A DNA stretch of 64,000 nt from Prevotella sp. (GCA_017470345.1 JAFUEP010000010.1:16799-80798); one strand, 5' to 3'; numbered from the stretch's first letter, positions 28,367 to 39,454 are shown. The notes: a model not told the origin generated them from the letters alone. Made by a program: numbers and translations.

Positions 28367-29584
28367 ATGCTGAAAACATTTCTTTCCGCACTGCTCCTCA
28401 GCGCAGCCATGACGGCAGCGGCCCAGCAGACCGCCTATCGCTACTGGACCGACAACGACGCGTCGACCCTCAGGCAGGGCCGCGCTGCTGAGGGCCCCTT
28501 CAGCGTCGGCGCCGACCTGGGGCGGCTGTCGCCCGGCGTCCATGCCCTCCACCTGCAGGTGAGCCGCGACGGCCATGCATGGAGCGCACCGCTGACCCGC
28601 TACTTCACTGTCGCCGCGCCCCAGCCGCAGCCCACCGCCTGCCGCTACTGGTTCGACAACGACGTCAGCACCCTCCACGACCTGACGGGCATGGAGCCGA
28701 CCGTCAGCGTCGACCTCCGCGGGCTGAAGGCCGGACTGCATGCGCTCCACTTCCAGACCGTGGCTGCCGGCATCGGCCCGTCAGCCGTCCTCACCCGCTA
28801 CTTCTACCTGAAGGACGACCCTGCCGACGAGCTGACCCTCACCGCATGGTTCGACGCCGACCGCTCCCAGGCCCAGACCTTCACCTACACCGGCGACGAC
28901 ATCACGCTCACGACCGACCAGCTGCGCCGCGGCCTCCACACCGTCACGGCCGAGCTGCGCAACAGCCAGGGCGACCTCCTCGCCGCCGACTCGCTCGAGT
29001 TCGAAGTGGTGCGCTATAAGACCATCCGGCTGACGGGATTTGCCACCACCTACTGCGCCGACGACGACCTCGACTTCACCAGCGTCGAGGGCCTCAGGGC
29101 CTACATCATCGCGGGCTTCAACCGCCACAGCTATGAGGTGACGGCCCTCCGCATCAACGACGCGCCGGCCTTCGAGGGCCTCTACATCGAGGGCGAGCCC
29201 GGCGACTACCGCGTGCGCTGCAGCGACTCCTATTCCGTCTATGCCAACCTCCTGCGCGGCACCACCGAGACGCTCCTGGTGCGGCCCGTCGAGGAGGGCT
29301 ACGTCAACTACGTGCTCAGCCCTGACGCCGACACGGCCACCTTCGTCCCACTGACGCGCCCCACCTACGTCGACCCCTCGACGGCATGGCTCCACCTCCC
29401 TGCCCCCGCCGACCGCTCGCGCCCCCTGCGCATCGTCTATGGCGACGAGGCCGATGCTATCAGCAACGTCAGCCACCAGCCGGAGCCAGGCGCCATCTAC
29501 AACCTGCAGGGTCAGCGCCTCAGCCACCGTCCGCGCCGCGGCCTCTACATCGAAGGCGGCCGCAAGGTCAGTATTCATGAATAA
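28367..29584 (+). CDS. Secreted protein with Ig-like repeats and T9SS-type C-terminus
   Basis: Two to three repeats RYWxDND...LxxGxHALH...TRYF; C-terminus YNLQGQRL...GLYIEGGRKV. Confidence 0.8.
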   Translation: MLKTFLSALLLSAAMTAAAQQTAYRYWTDNDASTLRQGRAAEGPFSVGADLGRLSPGVHALHLQVSRDGHAWSAPLTRYFTVAAPQPQPTACRYWFDNDVSTLHDLTGMEPTVSVDLRGLKAGLHALHFQTVAAGIGPSAVLTRYFYLKDDPADELTLTAWFDADRSQAQTFTYTGDDITLTTDQLRRGLHTVTAELRNSQGDLLAADSLEFEVVRYKTIRLTGFATTYCADDDLDFTSVEGLRAYIIAGFNRHSYEVTALRINDAPAFEGLYIEGEPGDYRVRCSDSYSVYANLLRGTTETLLVRPVEEGYVNYVLSPDADTATFVPLTRPTYVDPSTAWLHLPAPADRSRPLRIVYGDEADAISNVSHQPEPGAIYNLQGQRLSHRPRRGLYIEGGRKVSIHE

Positions 29585-29609
29585 AGTATAAACAATAAAT
29601 AAAGGTATT

Positions 29610-31781
29610 ATGAACAAGTCAAGAACACTATTGCTCATGCTGCTGATGGTCGTCGCAATCGGCGCCACGGCACAAGTGAAGACCTTCAGGGCCCCCGCCC
29701 TCTACGGGATGAAGGCGCAGCAGGCCGGCGCACCCACCATCCTGCGCGACAGCATCGTCAGCCGCAATGCCGACGGGTCGCTCAACTTCAAGACTACCTA
29801 CACCTACGACGACCACGGCTACCTGACCTCGAGGCTCACCCGCCGCGCCGACGGCACCTACGACACCACCGACCAGAACTACTTCGTCGATTACGCCTTC
29901 GACGCCCAGGGCCGCTGCACCCTCCGCTCCATGAGCCGCTGCCAGCCCAACGGCCAGCGCGGCGAGGAGACCGAGCGCACCGAGGCCCGCTACGACTACA
30001 ACGGCTACCACTACTACGAGATCCGCTACGAGTGGGACGACGGCCGCCGCTATGCCGCCGAGGAGATCGGCTACGATGAGTGGATGAACCCCGTCTACGG
30101 CATCGGCCGCCAGTACGACCATGACATCGCCGCCACTGACGACGCACCCCTCATCATCACCTACGTCGCCCGCCAGCAGTTCACCGGCCGCGCCTATGCC
30201 GTCAAGGAGGGCGACCTCGAGCTCCTGCTCCACCACCGCCTCGTCAGCAGCGTCATCTACGACCGCATCGGCAGCGGCTCAGAGAAATACCGCGCCGAGG
30301 GCGAGCGCCGCCAGATGGTCACCGCCGGCGACAGCGTCGTCACCACCTACTATGAGCTGCAGGACGCCTACGAGGTGACCCTCGACCAGGACCTCACGCC
30401 CTACTGGGCCCCCGACCATCGGCTGGTGTGGCAGCTCAACGCCGCCCACACGCGACCCCTCACCATGCGCTATCAGCGGTCCTCCGACTACGACGTCGTG
30501 CAGGGACCCCGCAAGGTCCTGCGCTGGGACGACTCTGCCGACCAGTCGCTCGACATGGGCTGGGACGACAAGGGCCGCCTGACCCGCCTCACCTTCTTCG
30601 GCTATAGCACTTTCGACGTCGACCTCACCATCCTCTTCACCTACGCCGACGACCAGGCCTTCGACGTGCCCCTCAGCAAGCTGCTCGACGTCGAGGACAA
30701 CGACTCGTGGGAGGACGGCGGTATGGACGACTACGAGGGCGACCTCATGTTCAACTGGTTCGGGCGCCTCGCCACGATGAAATATGCCGACGTGCGCTAT
30801 TCTGATGACAACTACACCATGACCGTCGACACCTGGGACCAGGCCGGCCGCATCATACACGCCGTGACCTCCGACCAAGAAGGCAAATACGAGTCCTGGC
30901 TCTCCTATCGCGCCGACGGCCGCATCGCCCAGCTGATCAATCAGACCGACGTGCCTGCCGACGGCTACGAACGCGCCGTCTTCACTTACGACCGCTGGGG
31001 CATCCTCACCCGCGTCACGTGGTATTTCTCCACCTCGCCCGACGGCCCTTGGGAGAAGAACTATGAGGAAAGCCACTTCTCTTACAGTCCCCGCAAGCGC
31101 CTCTGGAGCAATCGCACCTACGAGGAGGGCAACTGGTATGTCGAGGAGTACGTCGAGACCGACGACGCCGACCCCAGCATCATCCTCCACGGCCAAAAGA
31201 CCAAGTACTGGCAGGGCCACCGCTTCTTCTTCACACTCGACACCTACCGCGATCCCCGCGGACCCCTCGATAGCGGCTATGAAGAAGAAGATCTTGTTGT
31301 TGAAGAGGCGTCAATAGTCATCTACGACTGGAACCGTGAGCTCGGCAAGTGGGTCATGGCCGACTTCTCCGGCAGCGGCGAGGCCTATGCCACCCGCACC
31401 CTCGACGACGGCACCGTCGCCAGCGAATACTACAGGTGGGACAAGACGGCCGAGGACATGGTCTTCGTCTCAGCCGAATACTTCACCCTCGACGACCGTC
31501 AGCGCGTCGTCGTCCGCGAGCGCCCCCAGGGCACCGACCGCTTCACGTGGTACGCCGACACCCGCTGGCCCCAGCAGGCCCAGTGGTCCAACGGCCAGGT
31601 AGACACCTATTACTATAGTCAGCGCAACTACGTCGACCCCGACCTTCTCGCCGTCGACGCACCCAAGGCCACGGCGCCGGCCAATGACGCCTGGTACAGC
31701 CTGCAGGGTCAGCGCCTCCAGAGCTGTCCCTCGACGCCCGGCGTCTTCATCCACGGCGGCCGCAAGGTCGTCGTCAGGTGA
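29610..31781 (+). CDS. Secreted protein with YD-like repeats and T9SS-type C-terminus
   Basis: YTYDDHGYLT, FDAQGRCT, WDDKGRLT, YRADGRIA, FTYDRWG; C-terminus WYSLQGQRL...GVFIHGGRKVVVR. Confidence 0.8.
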   Translation: MNKSRTLLLMLLMVVAIGATAQVKTFRAPALYGMKAQQAGAPTILRDSIVSRNADGSLNFKTTYTYDDHGYLTSRLTRRADGTYDTTDQNYFVDYAFDAQGRCTLRSMSRCQPNGQRGEETERTEARYDYNGYHYYEIRYEWDDGRRYAAEEIGYDEWMNPVYGIGRQYDHDIAATDDAPLIITYVARQQFTGRAYAVKEGDLELLLHHRLVSSVIYDRIGSGSEKYRAEGERRQMVTAGDSVVTTYYELQDAYEVTLDQDLTPYWAPDHRLVWQLNAAHTRPLTMRYQRSSDYDVVQGPRKVLRWDDSADQSLDMGWDDKGRLTRLTFFGYSTFDVDLTILFTYADDQAFDVPLSKLLDVEDNDSWEDGGMDDYEGDLMFNWFGRLATMKYADVRYSDDNYTMTVDTWDQAGRIIHAVTSDQEGKYESWLSYRADGRIAQLINQTDVPADGYERAVFTYDRWGILTRVTWYFSTSPDGPWEKNYEESHFSYSPRKRLWSNRTYEEGNWYVEEYVETDDADPSIILHGQKTKYWQGHRFFFTLDTYRDPRGPLDSGYEEEDLVVEEASIVIYDWNRELGKWVMADFSGSGEAYATRTLDDGTVASEYYRWDKTAEDMVFVSAEYFTLDDRQRVVVRERPQGTDRFTWYADTRWPQQAQWSNGQVDTYYYSQRNYVDPDLLAVDAPKATAPANDAWYSLQGQRLQSCPSTPGVFIHGGRKVVVR

Positions 31782-31810
31782 CGGCACGCCCCCCGAAACG
31801 CTCCCGGAAA

Positions 31811-31893
31811 ACTATTTCAGCGTCGTTGAACACTATTTCAGCGGCGCTGAAATAGTATTCGGCGGCGCTGAACGATCGTCCGGCGGCGACGAA
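31811..31893. repeat. Four ~21-bp tandem units, each a short palindrome (ttcagcgncgctgaa)
   Basis: actatttcagcgtcgttgaac / actatttcagcggcgctgaaa / tagtattcggcggcgctgaac / gatcgtccggcggcgacgaaa. Confidence 0.7.
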
Positions 31894-32073
31894 AAAAGCC
31901 CTAAAATCCCCTCCGAAGCGTGTTTTTATACGAAAAAAGCCCTATCGGCGCGTGGTATTTTCGTGTTTTGCGAAAATACCACGCGCCTTTTCATACGTAC
32001 ACCACGTTTTTTTCGTATCTTTGCCCAGAAATATGCGACTAAATTAGAAAAGTAAAAATAAGACAAAAGCGAC

Positions 32074-35000
32074 ATGACCATGACAGAGAGAAGATTTTCA
32101 TCGCCGCCCGCCGACGCTGGGCGCGTGCCGAGGCAAGGCAGCCGATGGCTGATGCTGCTCGCATTAGTGTTAACAAATGTTATGGGGGTAATTTCTCCCG
32201 CCTCAGCACAGGATTCACCGGCCATCTCGGTCATCAGCGAGATACCCACCTTTGACAGTGGAGAGAATTCCAACTGGAATTTCTACAACGAAAGCCCCGC
32301 GAAACTCGTGGACGGTGACACTGGAACGAAATATGGTCTTAGTAGTAACAATCCCTGGGTGGAGTTCCACTATGCCAGTCCCATCACGCCGAACGGTTAT
32401 ATTCTGTGGACCGCCAATGATGAGCTGGGCAAGCGCAATCCGCGGTCGTGGACCATCAAAGGTAAGAACAGCGGAGATGCCGACTGGACAACGATTGCCG
32501 AAGTGGACAACTCCAACGGCGACAAACTACCTATGGCCGACAACACCTCGACCACATTCTATATTCGCACCCCCCAGTCCTTCCAGTATTACCGCTTCGA
32601 GGCCACTCGCGCCAGCAATGGTGAGTTTCAACTTGCTGAGCTGCAGTTCTTTGAATTAACCGGAGACCCCAACGACCTGCAGTATGCTACCATTACGGGC
32701 ATCACCTCTGAGTATGTTTACACGGGTTCCGTTATCCCGCTCGTTTACACGGTGACAGCCTATGATGGAACGATACTGACGAAAGGCACCGACTACACGG
32801 AAAGCATCACCAAGGACGGACTTCCTGCCGCAGTGAAGGAAAAAGGTGATTACGTTTTGACTATTACGGGTAAAGGTAGTTACAGCGGCTCGAAAAAACT
32901 CTCTTTCAATGTTAATAGCGATCAGGCCGACTACGAGCGAGCCCTCGCCTCCATCAAGGAAGACCGCTACTACCGCATTTCCGCAGTGGTGGACGGTCAG
33001 AAGTACTATCTTGATAAGTATAACTATCCAACAACATCCTTGAAAGATGCCCGACACTTCATTTTTAAGAAGTCCACTGGCGGTGGAAAGTATGAATACG
33101 GTTTTCAGTTAGTCAGCGAATACGACCAATACGAAGGCGAAGAGATGATCTTTTATTATATGTCTGATTATTATGGACAAGTCGAAGACATTAATCATTT
33201 GATAGTTGTACATTTTTACAGCTACTATAAGGATGAACCTTATGCTACTCAAGTGTTTTTCCTCAACGAGGAGGGGCGTTATGCTATCCGCTCATCGAAT
33301 TTAGCCGGCCACGAGGTTTATTGGAAGCACAAATTAGAATATTCAGATGACAATGTCTACCACCACTTTGGATTTAGTTACGAAAAGTGCTACGAGTGGC
33401 ATTTGGAGGAGGACGATACATATGGGCGCGCTTGCGGTGCCATAGAGGAATACAACTCCTATCGTGTGTTTACGGAAGTGAATGATCAGAAGTACTACGT
33501 CGCAGCCGACGGCACACTGACCGACGGCGAGACCGATGCATCGTCGTTCCAATTCCTCAAGACTGATGGCGAAGAATACGACTACGGCTTCAGGCTCCTG
33601 AACGAAGACAACTACTTTACCGGACCCGCTGGTACGACCGATGCCGCCCTGACACCAGGCCACCTGAACACCACTACATCGACGGCCAGTGACACGTGGG
33701 CATCACAAGTGTTCCTACTCGACTGGATGGGGCGCTATGCCATCCGCTCGACAAATGCCGCTACCGGTGAGAGTGGCCAGGCTCTGTATGGCAACACCTA
33801 CTGGACAGCCAATACCGACGGAAGTAGTCCCGTGGCGGGCTATAGTTTCAAACAGGACTATATATGGAAAATAGAGGTGGATTCGGCGAAATCCATACGC
33901 ACATCGCATGTCAGTCCCTATTACATAGGTACTACATTCCCGCTGTTCCAGTTTGAGTTGAATATCCTGGAAGGGTGGACCGTACTCAACGACGAGATCA
34001 CCGTCACCTACCAGCGTTTAGAAGGCACCCCGTGGACCGAGCACTACACGTTCAGCAGTCTGAAGAAGCATCAGGGCGAGGGTGTGATGCTCTACGACCT
34101 GCCTTTCAGCTTTACCGAGGAGCATCCAGAGATTGACACTGAAGATATATGGATGTTGAAAAATAGCAACAATATCTTCGTTACCGCTAAAATCGTCTTG
34201 ATTTTACAAGATGGGCAGAATCGGACGAAACGAGTGGAGGCAAATACCTACCTGTCACCTACGTATCGTGATATTTCGTTTAGTGACTATTTTGAGGGTG
34301 TAGTCCAATACCACGACAGACATCTTCCCATGCTGACCACAGAAGTGATGTATTTGCCCCGAGGAGAAACGTGCCGTGTCGGTTTTGAAATACCTGAACT
34401 CGGTATCAGAAAGATTTCCGGTTTGCCCATCGCCATAGGCGGCGCTACTTCGACTCAAATCAACGACTGGCTGTATATAGAGCAGGATGGTATGTACTGG
34501 CGTGCCACCATCAACTATGAACTTCAATTGGATAATGCAACTACTGACTTGACGTTTTACACACTGGTTCAACCCACAAGCAATGACACTGTGCATAGTG
34601 AAAAGACCGCCCATGTGACATTCGAATATATCAACCCAACGGATCACATGATCTATTGTGTCAATGGTTTAGACAGGTCTTGGAGTGAAGAACCTGTCAT
34701 TAAGGATAACACCAGTAACCTGGAAATGATAGAAGAGTCTCTCAAGGAATATGGAATTACCTGGGGCTACGCCCATGTTCTGCCCCATTATGTCATGGAG
34801 ACCTTTACAATCTACGACGACTTCTATGGTGGTGCAGAAGTAACATTGTCGTGCGACGGTGACGTGATTCAGAAGATGGCTAACTACAATGGCTGTTTCA
34901 CCTTCATGCCCCCCACTGATGGGCGCACCTATGATTTGGAAATCTACTACCCGGGGTTCGATAGACGCTATAAGCGTAGTTATATCTCTCCACCCCTAAC

Positions 35001-38000
35001 GAATTTTCATAAGATCAGTTTCTACTCGGAGATTTTTGATGGAAAAATCCATAATGGGCAAAGCTTCCAAACATGCACAATCAGTTTTGTCCGGGACGGA
35101 AAGGAATACAGTCTTCAACAGCATGGAGCTGAGGGCTATGAAAACGTTGATGCCTATATGTATGCCGAGGAACCTGTTGACTTCTACGTCACCAACGGCG
35201 AAACCTTTGCACGCGTCTCTTTCCCTGAATGGTTCAAACCGCTTGAGTATAAATACAAACCAGAACTGAAGGAACTCCGGAAGTTCTACTCTATGGAAAG
35301 CGCAAGGGAATGGGCCGATAACTCAGATTATTATGACGCGGCTGTTACTTTCTATCCTGAAGGAAAGTGGACCTCTTGCGGCCCTCGGCTGATCCTTAAC
35401 TGGGACGAGATGGGCAACAACAACAGCCTCGTAAAAGTTATCGACAGTAAGGGCGAACCGGTCACGAACGCTACCCTCCACTTTGCCTGCGTGGACAACA
35501 GCATGCAGCGCAAGACCGAAACGGGGTCGGCTACCTATGTAGCCTCGTTCGGCGGCTATCTTATCGACACTGACCCAGACCAGTATGCTGAACTGATAGA
35601 GGTGGTGGCACCGGGCTATCAGCCTACGCTCTCGACAATGTATCTGTGGAACTACGACTACTTCAGCCGTGAGAACCGCAACAAGACGCGCCGCCACACC
35701 ATCGTGCTGCACGAGAACGAAGGCCAGGTGGGCACAGCCTCACTGGAGACACTGAAGCGCTTCGGCAATGTGAAAGACGGTCGGATGACCGCCAAACTCG
35801 CAACAACCGACTTGCTGTCGATCAACCCTGAAGAGACGCACGACTACTCCCAGAACGGCGATTACGAGACGGTGACGAAGACGGTTGACGACGAGAAATT
35901 TGGCGAAGGCGGCTGGAGCGGCACGAAGTATGCACGCCTCACGGGCAGCCTTTCCTACGCCAATAGTTTCGACCCGAAGCAGTTGTCGCTGGTGGGCGAA
36001 TCGCTCAACCTGCAGCCAGCTACCGCCACTCTTATAGAGAAGAACAACTTCCCGGCCTTCAGTTACAACCACTGCCTGTTTGAGTTCGACCTTGTGGATC
36101 AGATAGCCGAGGATGCTACGGTGAAGGTCTCGCTGACCGACGGCACGAAGACCCTTGCCAACCTGCCCTCTCTGCACAACAGTACCATCGACCTGATAGC
36201 CCTCTCGGAGGCCAGCAACATTGAAATTCCCAGTGGCGGTATTGATCTGACAAAGGTGGACGACAATACAAGCAGCCAGGGCATCGACATGAAGGACATG
36301 AACAAGGCGTTCGACAAGTTCAACTTCCAGATGCCGCCAGTGCTGCCGTTCACGGTGAACATTGAGCGCGAAGGCGACTACTTCCTGGTGCGTGCCGTTT
36401 GCGAGCGCAACTTCGTCCCCGGTGGCGCGATTATGGATGTTCTGGACAAACTGGACAACCTGCAGTTCTTTGACGAACAATACCAAGCGTGCATGGACGC
36501 GGTGAATGCGGCAAAGCCTGCCGACGATGACTTCTTCGACGACATCCCAATCTTCCCGTCTGCCTACGTGGGCATCAAGGGCTTCCTGAGCGGCATCGGC
36601 CACTACAACCCCGATACGAAGAAGATTGACATCAACTTCTACGACGGCGGCCTGACGATGGAGGCATCAGCCCGTGCGTCGGCCCGTGTGAGTTTCTTCA
36701 TCGGCGGCTTCGGCGTGTCGGTGGATGCGAGGATCGCCTCGACAATGGCGCTGGTGAACCGCGCCGCCGCCCTTGGCGACGTGGGCGGCCTGCCGAAGAT
36801 CGACTTTGTGCTCGACAACCAGGCCCGCCTGAAGGTGTGCGCATGGGCCGAGGCGGGCATCGACATCTGGATAGCGAAGGCAGTGGCAGGTGTGCGCGGC
36901 GGTGCAAGTTTCGACGTACAGTCGCGGGTGGTCATTCCGACCTACAACGACAATATGACTGACGGCACGATGATGAGCGTACGCGCGGCAATGGAAGCCT
37001 ATGCCGAGGCACGTTTCCTGTGCTTCAAGAAAAAGAAGTCGTGGAAGATCTTCGACGTGGAGAAGACCTGGCTGTCGCCTAACGACCCGTCAAACCCCCT
37101 GCATCCTGACTATGGCGAGGGCATCTTCTCGTTCAGCAGCAAGAACGTGACGAAGAGCTACAAGCGCCTGCGCCGGAAGGTGATTGCCGACCTGGGCACA
37201 CCTATCATCAGCAACGTGAGCGGAATGGCACGACCCACCTATCTGCTGGGTGGCTCATCGGTGCTGTTCAACAACCTGAAGACGGCCAGCGACTACAATG
37301 ACGACCGTCTGCAGGTGTACTCGGACGGCAGCAAGAGCGACCTGGTGAACACGGGCATCAGCGCACCGATGTACGACTTCAGCGCCGCCCGCAACAGCAG
37401 CGGCACGGAGGTAGTGGCGTTCGAGCAGGTGAAGTCGGCTATCAACACCGGCGAGCTGGAGGCGATGTCGGAGGAGACGCAGATGAAGACCGTCACGGAG
37501 AACACTGGCATCCGCGTGGCGATGCGCCAGGGCGATGGCGGCGCGTGGACGACAGAGGCACTGGGCGACCCCTACTGGAACAACGCCAGCGTGACGCCCG
37601 TGGCAGCCGTGCAGACCGACGGCAAGGCGGCCGTGGTGTGGCAGCAGGGCGTAGCTAAGTACAGCACCGACGACGACCGCTACATCGACGGCACGCTGAT
37701 GCTCTCACGCTACGACGGCTCGGCATGGAGCGAGCCCGTGGAGATCAAGCGACTGAACAGCCACAGCGTGCCCACCGACTACCAGATGACGATGAAGGAC
37801 GACTCCGTGCTGGTGATGATGACGCTGAAGCAGGACGTGAACAACCCGGCAAAGCAGCCGTCGGTGGTCTACGTGAGCGTGTCGCCTGAGAACCAGGTGC
37901 GCGAGCGCTACACGCAGGTCGAGGGCAGCAAGCCACAGATGGTGCACGTCGGCGGCGTGAACCTCGTGGGCTTCCTTCAGCAGAAGGAGGACGGCCGCGA

Positions 38001-39303
38001 CATCACGCTGAGCACGGTGAACATGCGGGGCGTGCCCACGGGCAAGCTGTCGGGCTCGCTGGGCATGGAGCGACGCATGGTGAACGACTTCCGACTAGTG
38101 GTCGACGACGAGGCCGTTGATCTGGACGGCGTGGCCCTGCTCTGGAACCAAAACGATCAGGAGGTGACGACCGACGAGAATGGCGTTGCAACAACCAACA
38201 TCAAGAACCGCATCTATGCGTCGAAGCTATGCAGCCACGACAAAGAACTATATTTCTCGACTCCCATTGGGATTGCCACGATGCCCGACGACGTGAGCCT
38301 GGTGTCGATGGACGGCTGGCTCGACGCACTGGACATGAAGGTTGCCTACTGCGTGGCCAACGACGACGAGGGCGCCGCCGTGCTGGAGACACCTGTGGAA
38401 TTCACCAACGCCTTCGACTATAAGGTGGACTACAACGCCTACGAGGTGACCGACGAGAAGTTCGTGCCGGTGACCATCACGGTGGCGAACAACGGCTTCA
38501 GCCCGATCAGCAACGTTGAGGTAGTGCTGGGCGACAACACATGTAACCACGCGATGACACTGCTGCCAAGGCAGACGATGGAGTTAACCGACCGCTATCT
38601 CGTGACAGAGGACTTCAACGGCACGATCGACTATCAGGTGACGGCCGACTTCGTACCCGCCAACAGCAACTCGCTGAAGCTGCGCCGCATGGCTGCCTCA
38701 CGTCCGAACCGCATCAAGCGCAACGGCACGGAGATGGACGTGCGCCAGGTGGACATGGCACTGAAGATGCTGAGCAAGAGCGTCGATGCCGACGGCAAGA
38801 CGACGGTGGTTGCGGAGGTGAATAACGCCTCGCTGCTGCCGCTGGCCGACGATATGAGCGTGAAGGTAGGCCTCTACGACTCACCGCTCGCCACTGAGAA
38901 GGTCGCCGGAACGACGGAGGTGACGGTCAGCGCCGCCGACCTCTACGACGCCTCGGCCGAGCAGAAGAACAAGGTGAAGATCGTCACCCTGACGGCCCCG
39001 CAGCCGGACCTCTCGCAGGTGCTCTACCTGCGCACCACGCCCATTCAGGGCGCCGAGACGCTGAGGGACGTGCGCCCGTCGAACAACGTGCTGCCCGTCA
39101 GGCTGGCGGGTAAGTACCTGAAGGGCGACGTCAACCGCGACGGCCGCGTCGACCTGGCGGACGCCACGGCCGTGGTGAGCCACATCCTCGGCAAGCCGCA
39201 GGCCGGCGACTTCTACGAGCAGAGCGCCGACGTCAACGCCGACGCCCGCATCAGCGTCGCCGACGCCGCCGAGATCGTAGGCATCAGTTTGAGGAAGAAG
39301 TGA
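32074..39303 (+). CDS. Giant (2409 aa) secreted multidomain protein: F5/8-like N-terminus, Ig-like repeat, duplicated module, C-terminal dockerin-like domain
   Basis: ESPAKLVDGDTGTKY...QLAELQF; GDVNRDGRVDLAD...ADVNADARISVAD; -7 element TATCTTTG at 32016-32023. Confidence 0.85.
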   Translation: MTMTERRFSSPPADAGRVPRQGSRWLMLLALVLTNVMGVISPASAQDSPAISVISEIPTFDSGENSNWNFYNESPAKLVDGDTGTKYGLSSNNPWVEFHYASPITPNGYILWTANDELGKRNPRSWTIKGKNSGDADWTTIAEVDNSNGDKLPMADNTSTTFYIRTPQSFQYYRFEATRASNGEFQLAELQFFELTGDPNDLQYATITGITSEYVYTGSVIPLVYTVTAYDGTILTKGTDYTESITKDGLPAAVKEKGDYVLTITGKGSYSGSKKLSFNVNSDQADYERALASIKEDRYYRISAVVDGQKYYLDKYNYPTTSLKDARHFIFKKSTGGGKYEYGFQLVSEYDQYEGEEMIFYYMSDYYGQVEDINHLIVVHFYSYYKDEPYATQVFFLNEEGRYAIRSSNLAGHEVYWKHKLEYSDDNVYHHFGFSYEKCYEWHLEEDDTYGRACGAIEEYNSYRVFTEVNDQKYYVAADGTLTDGETDASSFQFLKTDGEEYDYGFRLLNEDNYFTGPAGTTDAALTPGHLNTTTSTASDTWASQVFLLDWMGRYAIRSTNAATGESGQALYGNTYWTANTDGSSPVAGYSFKQDYIWKIEVDSAKSIRTSHVSPYYIGTTFPLFQFELNILEGWTVLNDEITVTYQRLEGTPWTEHYTFSSLKKHQGEGVMLYDLPFSFTEEHPEIDTEDIWMLKNSNNIFVTAKIVLILQDGQNRTKRVEANTYLSPTYRDISFSDYFEGVVQYHDRHLPMLTTEVMYLPRGETCRVGFEIPELGIRKISGLPIAIGGATSTQINDWLYIEQDGMYWRATINYELQLDNATTDLTFYTLVQPTSNDTVHSEKTAHVTFEYINPTDHMIYCVNGLDRSWSEEPVIKDNTSNLEMIEESLKEYGITWGYAHVLPHYVMETFTIYDDFYGGAEVTLSCDGDVIQKMANYNGCFTFMPPTDGRTYDLEIYYPGFDRRYKRSYISPPLTNFHKISFYSEIFDGKIHNGQSFQTCTISFVRDGKEYSLQQHGAEGYENVDAYMYAEEPVDFYVTNGETFARVSFPEWFKPLEYKYKPELKELRKFYSMESAREWADNSDYYDAAVTFYPEGKWTSCGPRLILNWDEMGNNNSLVKVIDSKGEPVTNATLHFACVDNSMQRKTETGSATYVASFGGYLIDTDPDQYAELIEVVAPGYQPTLSTMYLWNYDYFSRENRNKTRRHTIVLHENEGQVGTASLETLKRFGNVKDGRMTAKLATTDLLSINPEETHDYSQNGDYETVTKTVDDEKFGEGGWSGTKYARLTGSLSYANSFDPKQLSLVGESLNLQPATATLIEKNNFPAFSYNHCLFEFDLVDQIAEDATVKVSLTDGTKTLANLPSLHNSTIDLIALSEASNIEIPSGGIDLTKVDDNTSSQGIDMKDMNKAFDKFNFQMPPVLPFTVNIEREGDYFLVRAVCERNFVPGGAIMDVLDKLDNLQFFDEQYQACMDAVNAAKPADDDFFDDIPIFPSAYVGIKGFLSGIGHYNPDTKKIDINFYDGGLTMEASARASARVSFFIGGFGVSVDARIASTMALVNRAAALGDVGGLPKIDFVLDNQARLKVCAWAEAGIDIWIAKAVAGVRGGASFDVQSRVVIPTYNDNMTDGTMMSVRAAMEAYAEARFLCFKKKKSWKIFDVEKTWLSPNDPSNPLHPDYGEGIFSFSSKNVTKSYKRLRRKVIADLGTPIISNVSGMARPTYLLGGSSVLFNNLKTASDYNDDRLQVYSDGSKSDLVNTGISAPMYDFSAARNSSGTEVVAFEQVKSAINTGELEAMSEETQMKTVTENTGIRVAMRQGDGGAWTTEALGDPYWNNASVTPVAAVQTDGKAAVVWQQGVAKYSTDDDRYIDGTLMLSRYDGSAWSEPVEIKRLNSHSVPTDYQMTMKDDSVLVMMTLKQDVNNPAKQPSVVYVSVSPENQVRERYTQVEGSKPQMVHVGGVNLVGFLQQKEDGRDITLSTVNMRGVPTGKLSGSLGMERRMVNDFRLVVDDEAVDLDGVALLWNQNDQEVTTDENGVATTNIKNRIYASKLCSHDKELYFSTPIGIATMPDDVSLVSMDGWLDALDMKVAYCVANDDEGAAVLETPVEFTNAFDYKVDYNAYEVTDEKFVPVTITVANNGFSPISNVEVVLGDNTCNHAMTLLPRQTMELTDRYLVTEDFNGTIDYQVTADFVPANSNSLKLRRMAASRPNRIKRNGTEMDVRQVDMALKMLSKSVDADGKTTVVAEVNNASLLPLADDMSVKVGLYDSPLATEKVAGTTEVTVSAADLYDASAEQKNKVKIVTLTAPQPDLSQVLYLRTTPIQGAETLRDVRPSNNVLPVRLAGKYLKGDVNRDGRVDLADATAVVSHILGKPQAGDFYEQSADVNADARISVADAAEIVGISLRKK

Positions 39304-39454
39304 AATGCGGCCGCTCGGCAGGAGGGCAGGGGGCGCAGCTGCGCCCCCTGCCTTCTCTGCTCGGCATCTCCTTGAAGGGTGACGCTTGCTACCGAAGGGA
39401 CGCAAGTAGGGGCGGGGAGAAGCAGCCCGGCCAGAAGGGGATGACGGCGCAGCC

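Noticed and set aside
29610-31781. Rhs polymorphic toxin
   Set aside because: Only scattered YD-like motifs; no PxxxxDPxG core, toxin tip or immunity gene.
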